DNA of 64,000 nucleotides. It comes from an uncultured Candidatus Saccharibacteria bacterium (GTDB lineage: Bacteria; Patescibacteriota; Saccharimonadia; Saccharimonadales; JAGQNJ01). Under the pieces are notes generated by a model. The model worked only from the letters and a program-made list of their open reading frames with translations. It was not told the DNA's origin and did no database searches. The translations under genes were made by a program, and so were the position numbers. This document shows positions 17,289-26,835 of this stretch, in pieces. The DNA lies in NCBI GenBank assembly GCA_964493895.1, contig CAZBPY010000003.1, positions 15,176 through 79,175 on the forward strand, in the 5' to 3' direction. Within the stretch, counting starts at the first letter, position 1. Each line of letters begins with the position of its first letter.

Positions 17289-19313
17289 TCAACTTAGAAA
17301 ACCAAGGAGTTGCCGTTCGTCAATTTGTTTGACGCCGAGTTTATCGGCTTTGGCTAGCTTGCTGGAGCCGACATTGTTGCCAACTACTAAGTAGTCAGTC
17401 TCTTTTCCGACAGATGATTGAAAGGTGCCGCCTAAGGCACGGATCTTTTCGGCAGCTTCTTCTCGCTGCATTGAGTCCAGACTGCCGGTGATAACAAAGG
17501 ATTTGCCGGACAATTTGCCGCCAACCTGTTTTACCTCCTGGGGGTGAACTCCGAGTTTAGCGAACTGTTGCAAAATCTTCTGGTTAGCCGGATCAGCGAA
17601 CCACGCCACAACGGCTTCAGCAACCACTTCGCCAACTCCTTCAACAGCAGCTAGATCATCAATTTCAGCGGCTGCAATTGCCTCCAGGCTGCGGAAATGA
17701 TTGGCCAAATCAATAGCAGTTTGAGTGCCGACATGACGAATACCAAGTCCGTATAAGAACCGTGCCAGGGTTGGGCTTTTCTTAGTTTGGATAGCATCTA
17801 CTAGTTTGCGGGCTGAGACTTCGGCGAATCGTTCCAGTTTTTCAACTTGTTCGGCCTTTAGTCTGTAGATATCGGGCGTCTCGCGGATTAGTCCGGCGTC
17901 CAGTAGGGCGATAACGTTTTTCTCGCCCAAGCCTTCGATGTCCAGAGCACTTTTGCTGGCAAAATGCTGGATGCGTTTGTAAACCCGCGAGGGACACTGG
18001 TTGTTGGGGCAGCGCCAGACAGCCTCGTCGGCTTTGAGCTTAGACAGTCGCGTGCCGCATTCCGGACAGGTGCTGGGGAATTTGAAGGGTTTGGCTGACT
18101 TTGGACGAAGCTTTTCGACGACCTCAACAACTTCAGGAATAATGTCACCGGCTTTTTGGATGATAACCGTATCGCCAACTCGGATATCTTTGCGAGCCAC
18201 TTCGCTTTCATTGTGCAGCGTGGCCATCTGGACGGTTGAGCCAGCCACTACCACTGGTTCGAGCATGGCGACCGGGGTGGCCGCGCCGGTGCGGCCGATG
18301 GAGATAAAGATGTCTTTGACGGTAGTTGTGGCTTGCTCGGCCGGATATTTGTAAGCGATCGCACCGCGCGGCGCTTTGCCAGCTATTCCTAGACGAGCAT
18401 AAACCTGGCGATCATTAACCTTAACTACCAGGCCATCGGTACCATAGGGCAATTTGTGGCGTTTCTCTTCCCACTGGTCGGCGTATTTTTTGACTTCGGA
18501 GATGGTTTTTAGGACCGGAGCTTGCTTGTTAACCAAAAAACCAAGCTGGCTGGCTACTTTGTAGGTGTCGGCATAAGTCGGCAAATCATCCGGGTTGTCG
18601 CGCAGGACATCATAAGCTCGAAAATGCAGCGGCCGCTGAGCTACCAGCTTCGGATCGAGCTGCCTGATGGTTCCAGCAGCTGTATTACGGGGGTTGGCAA
18701 ACAGCGGCAGGCCCTGAGCCTGGCGGTTTTTGTTTAGTTTTTCAAAATCCTTTTTATACATGACAATTTCACCGCGGATTTCAGTTCGGCCAATCAGAAA
18801 CTTTTCATAACCTTTGTGTTTGTGCAGCCGCAATGGCACCGAATCCAGAGTGCGAACATTAACCGTAACATCCTCGCCAATGAAACCATCGCCGCGAGTC
18901 ACCGCTCGGGACAATAAACCGTCTTCGTACACCAACGCACAGGCAAAACCGTCCATTTTTAGATCGACGAAATATTCGATTTTAGAATCCGGAGCCAATT
19001 TAGTTATGCGAGCCGCCCAAGCTTCTAGCTCAGCCTGGTCAAAAGCATCGTTTAAACTCAACATTCGACTAGTGTGCCTGGCCGAAGCAAACTTACCCAA
19101 AGCTTTGCCGGCCACTCGTTGAGTTGGTGAATCCGGAGTTACTAGGTCCGGATATTGCTCCTCCAGTTGAGACAGTTCGTGCTTGAGCGAGTCGGCCGCC
19201 GCCTCGCTCATTATCGAGCGATCGTTGACGTGGTATTCATAGCGATACTCGTTTATGGCTTCTTTAAGGCGCGCCACCCGCTCGGCGGCGGCCGACCGGT
19301 CAAGCTTTTTCAC
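17289..19313 (-). CDS. ligA: NAD-dependent DNA ligase LigA
   Basis: KxDG adenylation motif (KMDGFA), OB fold, Zn finger, HhH repeats and C-terminal BRCT. Confidence 0.9.
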   Translation of the reverse strand: MKKLDRSAAAERVARLKEAINEYRYEYHVNDRSIMSEAAADSLKHELSQLEEQYPDLVTPDSPTQRVAGKALGKFASARHTSRMLSLNDAFDQAELEAWAARITKLAPDSKIEYFVDLKMDGFACALVYEDGLLSRAVTRGDGFIGEDVTVNVRTLDSVPLRLHKHKGYEKFLIGRTEIRGEIVMYKKDFEKLNKNRQAQGLPLFANPRNTAAGTIRQLDPKLVAQRPLHFRAYDVLRDNPDDLPTYADTYKVASQLGFLVNKQAPVLKTISEVKKYADQWEEKRHKLPYGTDGLVVKVNDRQVYARLGIAGKAPRGAIAYKYPAEQATTTVKDIFISIGRTGAATPVAMLEPVVVAGSTVQMATLHNESEVARKDIRVGDTVIIQKAGDIIPEVVEVVEKLRPKSAKPFKFPSTCPECGTRLSKLKADEAVWRCPNNQCPSRVYKRIQHFASKSALDIEGLGEKNVIALLDAGLIRETPDIYRLKAEQVEKLERFAEVSARKLVDAIQTKKSPTLARFLYGLGIRHVGTQTAIDLANHFRSLEAIAAAEIDDLAAVEGVGEVVAEAVVAWFADPANQKILQQFAKLGVHPQEVKQVGGKLSGKSFVITGSLDSMQREEAAEKIRALGGTFQSSVGKETDYLVVGNNVGSSKLAKADKLGVKQIDERQLLGFLS

Positions 19314-20242
19314 AGCATACTCCGATAAAGGTTATAGACGTAAGTTATAGCTACTGGAAAAAGTAAAGCGGACAATATGAAGAAAGCTCCCTGAGCAGCC
19401 ACCGGTGCCAGAGCAATAAACGGCACTACCACCAAACCCATAACCAACAGTAAGATCAGCGGCAAAAACAACAGTTTTCTAATCACTGCCATCCGTCGAA
19501 ACCGCACTAATCCTCGGGCCGAGCGCAGTGCTCTCATCGGGGCCATATCCGGCAAGCTGACAATCAACAAGGCGAATATTGAGCTGCTGATGAGATAAAG
19601 GCTCAGTAGAGCTAAAAGAATCAAAAAAACCAGCCACAAAATTTTTTCAATTTCAGTAACAGCTAAACCGTTGGCAGTTACTGTTGCATATATACTGCTG
19701 CCTAGAGATAGTGGTAGTAGTTGAAGAGCTATCACCGCAATAACCAAAATAACTGGTATCAACGGTGTCATGCCGTTATAAAAAGCCTCCTTGACTGTTA
19801 CCGGATTAGACTTTGATTGAGAACCGTACATCCGCCTTAGACCATACAAAACGGCCAAGCTGAACAACAAAACCAAAGCAAATTGATAAATCCCCACTGA
19901 TTGATTGCTGAGCTGGGTGCTTGACCCAACCAAGGCAGTATAGACAATAGTACTTGCCGGTAACGATCCCATGGTGTCCATGAGTATGTCCCTGGCTTCG
20001 GTGACGTCAAAGACGCTGCTGCTCATCTGGACAAACACAAACGTCAGCACACCGTATATCAAAGAGAAGGTTATAAAAAAGCGTTTATTTTGACGAATAA
20101 TTCTTATGGTTTGGCGGCTCAACTCCATGACACTTGGCAGTTTGGCTTGCGATGGCTTAATCCGCTTCTGCAGATGAAACGATTTGTATTCTGGATCGGC
20201 TAATTTGCGCGGTTGTTTGGTGGTTGGTTTTTTACTTGCCAC
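19310..20242 (-). CDS. Hypothetical polytopic membrane protein
   Basis: Six or more predicted TM helices. Start overlaps ligA by 4 nt (ATGA). Lies downstream of htpX. Confidence 0.55.
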   Translation of the reverse strand: MASKKPTTKQPRKLADPEYKSFHLQKRIKPSQAKLPSVMELSRQTIRIIRQNKRFFITFSLIYGVLTFVFVQMSSSVFDVTEARDILMDTMGSLPASTIVYTALVGSSTQLSNQSVGIYQFALVLLFSLAVLYGLRRMYGSQSKSNPVTVKEAFYNGMTPLIPVILVIAVIALQLLPLSLGSSIYATVTANGLAVTEIEKILWLVFLILLALLSLYLISSSIFALLIVSLPDMAPMRALRSARGLVRFRRMAVIRKLLFLPLILLLVMGLVVVPFIALAPVAAQGAFFILSALLFPVAITYVYNLYRSML

Positions 20243-20243
20243 T

Positions 20244-21119
20244 TTAAGCAGCCTCTCCCATTTCCTTTAGCCGGGCAATCCTATCTTCAATTGGCGGGTG
20301 GGTACTAAATAGTGACGACATAAAACTTTTCTTCAATGGATTAGCAAAAAACAGATGAGCTGTAGAGCTGTTTTGTCGCCGCATGGTGCTGCCGTGAGCT
20401 TGCATTTTTTCCAGGGCGCCAATCAAGCCTTCAGGATAGCGAGTAGTTAAAGCACCGGTGGCATCAGCCAGGTACTCTCGCTTCCTGGAGATGGCCAGCT
20501 GAATGAACATAGCAATCAATGGAGCCAACAGGGCAGCCACAATGCCAATCAACATAACAACCTGATTGTTATTGCTGTTATTGTCGTCGCGAAACCACAT
20601 CGCCCGCAGGATGATGTCGGAAATCAAGGCTACTACCGCCACCAAAGCAAAGGCTACCATTGATACTCGAATGTCATAGTTTTTGACATGACCCAATTCG
20701 TGAGCCATAACCCCCTGGAGCTCCTTGTCATTCAACTTATCCAGCAGGCCTGTTGTAATTGCTACACTGGCCTTTTGAGGATTACGGCCGGTAGCAAAAG
20801 CGTTCAGGGCCGGATCGTCAATGATATAAATCCGGGGCGTCGGCAAACCTTCAGTAATAGCCAAGTTTTCGACAATCCGATACAGACGCGGATTATCTCG
20901 CTTGGTGATTTCCTGAGCTCCGTTCATAGTCAGCGACAATTTCGAGCTCGAATAATAGCTAAATAAAACGTACACCAGGGCGCCGATCAAAACATAAACC
21001 GTGATCGAAGTGTCACCCCACCATAGAGCGAACAGCCAGCCCAACAAGGCCACAAAGGCCACAAAGAAAATCATCAGAAAAACAGTTTTGCGCTTGTTGC
21101 CAGCAATTTGCTTATACAT
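20244..21119 (-). CDS. htpX: Zinc metalloprotease HtpX (M48 family)
   Basis: HELGHVKNYD HExxH motif, two N-terminal TM segments, downstream Glu ligand. Confidence 0.85.
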   Translation of the reverse strand: MYKQIAGNKRKTVFLMIFFVAFVALLGWLFALWWGDTSITVYVLIGALVYVLFSYYSSSKLSLTMNGAQEITKRDNPRLYRIVENLAITEGLPTPRIYIIDDPALNAFATGRNPQKASVAITTGLLDKLNDKELQGVMAHELGHVKNYDIRVSMVAFALVAVVALISDIILRAMWFRDDNNSNNNQVVMLIGIVAALLAPLIAMFIQLAISRKREYLADATGALTTRYPEGLIGALEKMQAHGSTMRRQNSSTAHLFFANPLKKSFMSSLFSTHPPIEDRIARLKEMGEAA

Positions 21120-21148
21120 TAACTCTAAACGCCTCCTGACTTGTTTGG

Positions 21149-21706
21149 TTAAAACTTAACGTCAGTCGGTTTTTCAATATTGGCTTGTTCAGCCTCGTCA
21201 ACTTCAAAAAATTCACGAATTTTAAAGCCCATCATGCCAGCAAAAACACTGGTGGGAAAGACCTGGATTTTAGTGTTTAGGTCGCGGACAGAACCGTTAT
21301 AGAATCGCCGCGCAGCCTGGATTTTATCTTCAGTGTCAACCAGTTCGGCCTGCAGTTCTTTGAAATTGTCGCTAGCCTTCAGATCTGGATAGTTCTCGGC
21401 CACGGCAAACAAACTTTTCAAAGCTTGCTCGAATTGGTTATCAGCCTTGGCGGTTTCCGCCGGCCCTTGAGCTTTGGTTATGGCACTACGAGCCTTGGTG
21501 ACTTCTTCAAAAACTCCCTTTTCATGCTTGGCATAACCCTTAACGGTGTTGACTAAATTTGGAATTAAATCACCTCGGCGCTTTAACTGAACTGTAATGT
21601 CGCTCCAGGCCTCATCGACTCGAATTTTGGCTCGAATCAAGCCGTTATAAATCAGCACCAGTATCAGCACTAATGCAGCTGCGGCGATGCCAATGTATAT
21701 CCACAT
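21149..21706 (-). CDS. lemA: LemA family protein
   Basis: N-terminal TM segment plus the LemA core. Start moved to MWIYIG (ATG 21706, SD aGGGGAG) because the longer ORF would overlap the tRNA-Leu gene. Confidence 0.8.
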   Translation of the reverse strand: MWIYIGIAAAALVLILVLIYNGLIRAKIRVDEAWSDITVQLKRRGDLIPNLVNTVKGYAKHEKGVFEEVTKARSAITKAQGPAETAKADNQFEQALKSLFAVAENYPDLKASDNFKELQAELVDTEDKIQAARRFYNGSVRDLNTKIQVFPTSVFAGMMGFKIREFFEVDEAEQANIEKPTDVKF

Positions 21707-21736
21707 AATTTTCTCCCCTGTTAAAACTGTAGTTTC

Positions 21737-21745
21737 ATTATAGCA
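21737..21745 (-). promoter_or_regulatory. Extended -10 TGCTATAAT for lemA-htpX
   Basis: About 30 nt upstream of the lemA ATG, between tRNA-Leu and lemA. Confidence 0.4.
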
Positions 21746-21770
21746 AAATCGCCGGCTGAAAAACAGAAGT

Positions 21771-21857
21771 TGGTGCGCGGGGCGGGACTCGAACCCGCAC
21801 GCCCAGTTGGGCATTTGATTTTAAGTCAAACTTGGCTACCAGTTACAACACCCGCGC
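21771..21857 (-). tRNA. tRNA-Leu (anticodon TAA), long variable arm
   Basis: 87 nt. Acceptor gcgcggg/cccgcgc, anticodon loop cuUAAaa, encoded CCA. Confidence 0.85.
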
Positions 21858-22349
21858 TCTCTGTAATCTTAACGCAACTTTCTTATTTTTGCCACGGTGT
21901 GTTGGTTGCAGACTGTGACAATTGGGACATAATATTCTTAGGTTTACTAACCTATTGTCTGTGGGATCACCATTGATGTGATCTAATTCCACTGGGATTC
22001 TACCGTCTATACTTCTTTCTGCCCATCCACAAATTTCACATTTTGGATTTTTTAATCCATCTTTGTAGAGACGGAGCTTTAGGGTATGGCTTTGGACTTT
22101 GCTGCCTTTTCGAAGCCACTTTTTTGTAGGTGTAATAGGAAGATTAAATTTATACAATCCGCCCTTGTTCCAGCCTCGACCGGTAAAATGATGGGTTGAG
22201 AGTTTTAGTTCAGCAACTCGTTCGGAAACTTGTTTATAGTTGCCGCCTGCCGGAATAAGGCCAATCTTTTTTATTACGGCTCGGTAACTAGTGCAAGTAG
22301 CCACCGCTTTCACTAATTGCTCGTCCGTCCAGCTGCGTTGCTTCGGCAT
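21843..22349 (-). CDS. HNH endonuclease (homing-endonuclease-like) with an N-terminal HTH-like region
   Basis: ELDHINGDPTDNRLVNLRILCPNCHS HNH/zinc motif. The 3' end overlaps the 5' end of tRNA-Leu(TAA) by about 15 nt. Confidence 0.75.
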   Translation of the reverse strand: MPKQRSWTDEQLVKAVATCTSYRAVIKKIGLIPAGGNYKQVSERVAELKLSTHHFTGRGWNKGGLYKFNLPITPTKKWLRKGSKVQSHTLKLRLYKDGLKNPKCEICGWAERSIDGRIPVELDHINGDPTDNRLVNLRILCPNCHSLQPTHRGKNKKVALRLQRARVL

Positions 22350-22643
22350 ACAGCCAGAGTACCAAACACATATTAAATACCTATTAAACGTGAATAATTT
22401 GGAGGCGCGTACGAGATTTGCACTCGTGTATAAGGTTTTGCAGACCTTTGCCTAACTCCTCGGCCAACGCGCCGCATAATATCCCTGTTCATTGTAACGT
22501 AAACCCCTGTTCAAGAAAATCGCTAAATATAGACCATTACATCCGACGACAGCCGGTTTTTTATGATCTAACCTAGCCCCTCTTCGCGAATTGCTCGGCA
22601 ATATCTTTATTTATAACCCAGAGGTTGGTTTGCCATCTCTGTC

Positions 22644-23021
22644 TTAGCCTTCGACTACCACCTCAAACCCGCCGTAAGCCATCTTGGTCATGTCGCTGGG
22701 CATCTCAAAGTTATCACCCACGTCCATGGCGTTCATCTCGGCCATGACCTTTTTGTTAACCTCATCGCGATGAGCTTTAGATTTGAAAATAATAAATGAA
22801 AACCAGATATTTTCGTCGGCATTGGCCCCGGCCATTTCCGTGAAAGCCCGCGATTTCACCGGCCCCATTTCTTGCTGCCCGAGATCGTCACCGCGGCATT
22901 CAAAATACTGCAAGGCACCATGCTTCATCCAAGAATCACGCCCCATTTCAGCCATTTTCTGATACTCTGCCTCTTTACCCTTGGGCACCACCAACACGAA
23001 TCCATCTACATACTTACCCAT
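22644..23021 (-). CDS. DUF1428 family protein
   Basis: MGKYVDGFVLVVPKGKEAEYQKMAE...WMKHGALQYFEC resembles DUF1428. Start chosen at the ATG at 23021. Confidence 0.55.
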   Translation of the reverse strand: MGKYVDGFVLVVPKGKEAEYQKMAEMGRDSWMKHGALQYFECRGDDLGQQEMGPVKSRAFTEMAGANADENIWFSFIIFKSKAHRDEVNKKVMAEMNAMDVGDNFEMPSDMTKMAYGGFEVVVEG

Positions 23022-23125
23022 TACTCTACTCCCCCTCACTTGGCCTTTACTCTCCTAGTTTAGCATTTAGCGCAAACGATAGGCAGCCAAATATCTGCTG
23101 GGTTTACTTTGGCTCGCCTGTCGTC

Positions 23126-23212
23126 TGGTGCGCGAGAGAGGACTTGAACCTCCACGCCCCTAGGGGCACAGGCCCCTCAAGCCTGCGCGTCTACCAATTC
23201 CGCCACTCGCGC
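23126..23212 (-). tRNA. tRNA-Leu (anticodon GAG), long variable arm
   Basis: 87 nt. Acceptor gcgcgag/ctcgcgc, anticodon loop uuGAGgg, CCA. Confidence 0.85.
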
Positions 23213-23308
23213 TTACCTGTTAATAATACGAATTTACCTCTGGAAAAGCAACCTCCCCAAAGCGAGCCATATTGCTTATGATTAAAATTTGTGTTATAAT
23301 TAGAAGAT

Positions 23309-24118
23309 ATGGTATCGCCAGAGGTGAAACTGACAGGTGTACTGCCAGGCAAACAACCGCCTTTTATATCGGCTGCTGATTATGAACATCTGGCCAAAAT
23401 ACAAACTTCCAAAATTATTCCGACTCAACTTTCCAGCGATCCAATTCGCTTTACTCATGATTTGGTACGCTTCCCGGTTGATAAAAAACTTCCAAAGCCA
23501 TTTGCCAAGTGGCTGGTTTATTGGGCTTCGCATGATACCGAACTAATTGACCATACACCAGATGATTTGCAACGCTTCCCAGGCATAAAGGATGCTCAAC
23601 AAACTCCATTGGAAGCTGGAGGGCGATGGTTTTGGGGAACAATTGCCCGTGCCAAGGAGACCAAGAAGGGTGCACATAAAGGTCCGGTTTCAGCATTTGG
23701 TTGGGCTCATCCGCTAAAAGGAGCTTTGACCAGTCGCGACATCCGGCAGCAAAGCAAAGAATTTGGGCTGAATATCAAGAGGACGGCCACGATTGCTATG
23801 CGGGTTACAGACGGCTTTCGGCATAGCGGTCTATTTACTCCATTTATGTTAGGCTCACTTTATGATTTTGTGCAGAGGACAACTGAAGGCAGTGAACAAC
23901 TCTATACAGATGCAGCCTTTCGAGTGTCATCGACAGAGAGGATATCTTTTCCGTTTCTGGAAAATGGAAGAGTAAGACAAATTTTGCGACCAGAGATTAT
24001 GGGCGGTAACCAAGGTGGGGTGCTTTATGCGCATTATGATCTGCGGAAATTGCTTGAATGCGAGCCGCGCGACCTCGGGTTGGAGCATCTGACCGAAGAT
24101 GATATAATAGCAAGCTGA
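23309..24118 (+). CDS. Hypothetical protein (269 aa), orphan, flanked by tRNA genes
   Basis: Long ORF with coding-like composition and no recognisable motif. Confidence 0.5.
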   Translation: MVSPEVKLTGVLPGKQPPFISAADYEHLAKIQTSKIIPTQLSSDPIRFTHDLVRFPVDKKLPKPFAKWLVYWASHDTELIDHTPDDLQRFPGIKDAQQTPLEAGGRWFWGTIARAKETKKGAHKGPVSAFGWAHPLKGALTSRDIRQQSKEFGLNIKRTATIAMRVTDGFRHSGLFTPFMLGSLYDFVQRTTEGSEQLYTDAAFRVSSTERISFPFLENGRVRQILRPEIMGGNQGGVLYAHYDLRKLLECEPRDLGLEHLTEDDIIAS

Positions 24119-24125
24119 AACTCAT

Positions 24126-24202
24126 GGGTTGTTAGCTCAGTTGGCTAGAGCACCTCGTTTACACCGAGGGGGTCGGGGGTTCGAGTCCCTCACAACCCAC
24201 CA
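24126..24202 (+). tRNA. tRNA-Val (anticodon TAC)
   Basis: Cloverleaf, anticodon loop uuUACac, CCA encoded. Confidence 0.85.
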
Positions 24203-24294
24203 TCTATTGTCGCTGGTAACGGTTCGTCAAAATTCTCACATCAGTGAGATTTTTTGTTTGCTAGAGTGGGGGTATTAAGGAAGGGACGATACCG

Positions 24295-24558
24295 ATGCCA
24301 ACAGGAGATCAATTTCGCCAAGCAGCTACAACAGCTAAACAAGCAGCCGAAGCTAAAAAAGCCGAAGTCCAGCGGATGCGTGAGACTGTAGCTCAGATGA
24401 AGCGCGACATGGAAGATCTGCATAAAACGGCTGACAGTTGGGAGCAGGAAATTAAACAGTTAGACAATCAGATTCGAGATCTTGAAGATCAGGCCCGCGA
24501 GGCCGATGAAGCCGAGCGCCGCCTTGAGTCTCAGCGACAGCAATACGATATCCGTTAG
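24295..24558 (+). CDS. Hypothetical small coiled-coil protein (87 aa)
   Basis: AAGGAAG SD 6 nt upstream. Heptad-rich, charged sequence. Confidence 0.5.
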   Translation: MPTGDQFRQAATTAKQAAEAKKAEVQRMRETVAQMKRDMEDLHKTADSWEQEIKQLDNQIRDLEDQAREADEAERRLESQRQQYDIR

Positions 24559-24646
24559 CCGGCCCAGGCCTGCATATACGTTGATTATCCAGAGGTAATA
24601 CGATAGAATACAGGGGTCTTTTGACATCGCTGTCTGGCGGCCGCTC

Positions 24647-24722
24647 GGCGCTATAGCTCAGTTGGTAGAGCAGAGGCCTGAAGAGCCTTGTGTCCCTGGT
24701 TCGAGTCCAGGTGGCGCCACCA
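24647..24722 (+). tRNA. tRNA-Phe (anticodon GAA)
   Basis: 76 nt, anticodon loop cuGAAga, CCA encoded. Confidence 0.85.
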
Positions 24723-24732
24723 TTTTAAGTTT

Positions 24733-24809
24733 GCGGGTGTAGCTCAGTTGTTTAGAGCGCATCCTTGCCAAGGATGAGGCCAGGGGTTAGAGTCCCCTCA
24801 CCCGCACCA
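24733..24809 (+). tRNA. tRNA-Gly (anticodon GCC)
   Basis: Anticodon loop uuGCCaa, CCA encoded. Confidence 0.85.
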
Positions 24810-24835
24810 AAGATTTCTAACTATGCTAATCTGTA

Positions 24836-24863
24836 AAACACCGAGAAAATCGGTGTTTTTTCG
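24836..24863 (+). terminator. Rho-independent terminator after the tRNA-Val/Phe/Gly cluster
   Basis: aacaccg-agaaaat-cggtgtt followed by TTTTTCG. Confidence 0.6.
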
Positions 24864-25000
24864 TTTAACCCATAGGGGACTTAAACTAACTAATAGAATA
24901 ACTATATGATGGACGAGCGAATAGAGCGTGGAAAATGGCTACTCAATAATGTTAAACACGCAGCAATGGCCACTGTGAGACACAAGGTCTACTCGTCTGA

Positions 25001-26662
25001 CTAGCTGCGTGGCAAGTGGTCTGCCAAATGATCCATGTTGTATTCGTCTCGCAGTTGAGCGACCTGCTTGGCCCGAGTTGCGCCAATCTTAACACCAGGA
25101 TTTAAAATTCCGTGCGGATCAAATATCTCTTTGACCTTTTCGAACAGGCCGTAGACTTGCTCACCAAAGAGGTCTTTCAGGTATATGGCCCTTAGCCGGC
25201 CATCGTTGTGTTCTCCGGCTGTGCTGCCGCCCATTTCAATCACCATTTTGTAGTAGTCGTCCATCAATTTGAAAACTGTCTGGCGATCGGCGACTTGCGA
25301 CAAATCTAGAAACGGTTGCAGATGAAGATTTGCGTCAGCAGCATGCCCCCACAGAGCCACCTTCAGGTGATACTTGTCAAACAATTTATAAATGCTCTCA
25401 ACAAATTCTTTGAATCTAGTCACCGGCACAATTCCATCCTCGACAATCGGCAGAGCCTTTTTCTTGCCCGAGACATGGGTTATCAGTGAAGCCGCCGAGT
25501 GGCGAATCTTCCACAGCTCATCACGTTTGTGATAATCAGAAGTCGTCTCGATATTATTAGTGTATGGCTTGACAATTTTGTGCAGCCGCTTGGTCTGTTT
25601 CTTTTGAATGCTGGTCTTAGCGTCATCAAATTCAACCAGCATGACAATCGCCGGATAAGGCGGCTCTATAAGGTTCTTCAGCTGATTTGGGTTGGTCTCG
25701 GCAATAAAGTCCAACAGGTGCCTGTCAACCATCTCGATTGCCGCTGGATTCAGCTTGCGAATTTCAGTCACTACATGGCTGGCATCCTCGATGTTATCAA
25801 AGCCAATCACCGTCAAAGTCCGCTGTGTATTATTAGGAATAACTTTTAGCTGAGCCGCTGTGACAATGCCCAGCGTCCCCTGCGATCCGACAATCAGCGG
25901 TGTCAGATCGAACACGCCGTGCTTTTGCTTGACATTGCTCAGGTCATAGCCAGCCGAATTTTTGGAGGTGTTCAGTTGGATTTGTTTGATCAGTTCGGAA
26001 TGGTCAGTTAAAAGATTATCCAGCTCGCGGTAAATCTCGCCCTCGAAGTTGGTCTGGCCTTTCTTTTTGTTGAGCTCGCGCCTCGACAATGGTCGGGTTT
26101 CAATCACTTCGCCATTGGCAAGGACCACCCGCAGAGCCTCGGTGTAACCGCGGGTATCGCCGTATTTGACCGTTCTCTCGCCGGCAGTGTTATTGGCCAC
26201 TGCTCCGCCTAGGGTAGCGTAATCGATTGAACTTGGAAACGGCGGCAAGAAGTAGCCGTGAGTTTTCAAAGTGTCTTGCAGGTTGCGGTAGTTAAGACCG
26301 GGCTGAACCAAGACCATGCCGTGCCGACTATCAAATTCCAGGAGTTTATTCATATGAGCCGGAAAAACCATGACGATTCCTTCGCCTATGGCTGCTCCGC
26401 CCTGGTCAGAACCCCGGCCACGGGCCGTGATCGGCAAAACCCGACCCCTTTCAGCTAGCTGCCAGGCAAACTTAGCGGTCTTGCGGACATCGTTTTCGTT
26501 CTCTGGGTAAACCACAAACTGAGGCAAAACTTCAAATACCCCGCCATCAGTCGAAAAATACTTCCGAGCTGTCATTGAGGTGATGACCTCGCCAACTAAA
26601 TGCTCTTGCAAATAATGCGCAATTTTACTCATGTCTGATCTCGGCTTTCCCTCCTCAGCCAA
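25001..26662 (-). CDS. FAD-binding oxidoreductase (GlcD / D-lactate dehydrogenase-like, FAD-linked oxidase family)
   Basis: FAD-binding PCMH domain (RGRGSDQGGAAIGEGIVMVF) and the C-terminal FAD-linked oxidase domain. Confidence 0.8.
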   Translation of the reverse strand: MAEEGKPRSDMSKIAHYLQEHLVGEVITSMTARKYFSTDGGVFEVLPQFVVYPENENDVRKTAKFAWQLAERGRVLPITARGRGSDQGGAAIGEGIVMVFPAHMNKLLEFDSRHGMVLVQPGLNYRNLQDTLKTHGYFLPPFPSSIDYATLGGAVANNTAGERTVKYGDTRGYTEALRVVLANGEVIETRPLSRRELNKKKGQTNFEGEIYRELDNLLTDHSELIKQIQLNTSKNSAGYDLSNVKQKHGVFDLTPLIVGSQGTLGIVTAAQLKVIPNNTQRTLTVIGFDNIEDASHVVTEIRKLNPAAIEMVDRHLLDFIAETNPNQLKNLIEPPYPAIVMLVEFDDAKTSIQKKQTKRLHKIVKPYTNNIETTSDYHKRDELWKIRHSAASLITHVSGKKKALPIVEDGIVPVTRFKEFVESIYKLFDKYHLKVALWGHAADANLHLQPFLDLSQVADRQTVFKLMDDYYKMVIEMGGSTAGEHNDGRLRAIYLKDLFGEQVYGLFEKVKEIFDPHGILNPGVKIGATRAKQVAQLRDEYNMDHLADHLPRS

Positions 26663-26726
26663 ACCATTACCATCTTACCCACTATAATACCACGACCACA
26701 ATCCTACATAAACATAAGCTGGAGAT

Positions 26727-26813
26727 TGGTGCGGATGAGAGGACTCGAACCTCCACGAGTCGAAGCTCACTAGCTCCTGAAGCTAGCGCGTCTACCAATT
26801 CCGCCACATCCGC
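26727..26813 (-). tRNA. tRNA-Leu (anticodon CAG), long variable arm
   Basis: 87 nt. Acceptor gcggatg/catccgc, anticodon loop uuCAGga, CCA. Confidence 0.85.
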
Positions 26814-26835
26814 GTGAACCACAAGGGGCTGAAAA

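Noticed and set aside
16966-17394. 142-aa Cys-rich + strand ORF
   Set aside because: Spans a repeat-rich intergenic region and runs antisense into the 3' end of ligA. It has odd composition and no SD; treated as non-coding.
21707-21814. N-terminal 36-aa extension of the LemA ORF
   Set aside because: Would overlap the tRNA-Leu(TAA) gene and its promoter. The internal ATG at 21706 has an SD and an extended -10.
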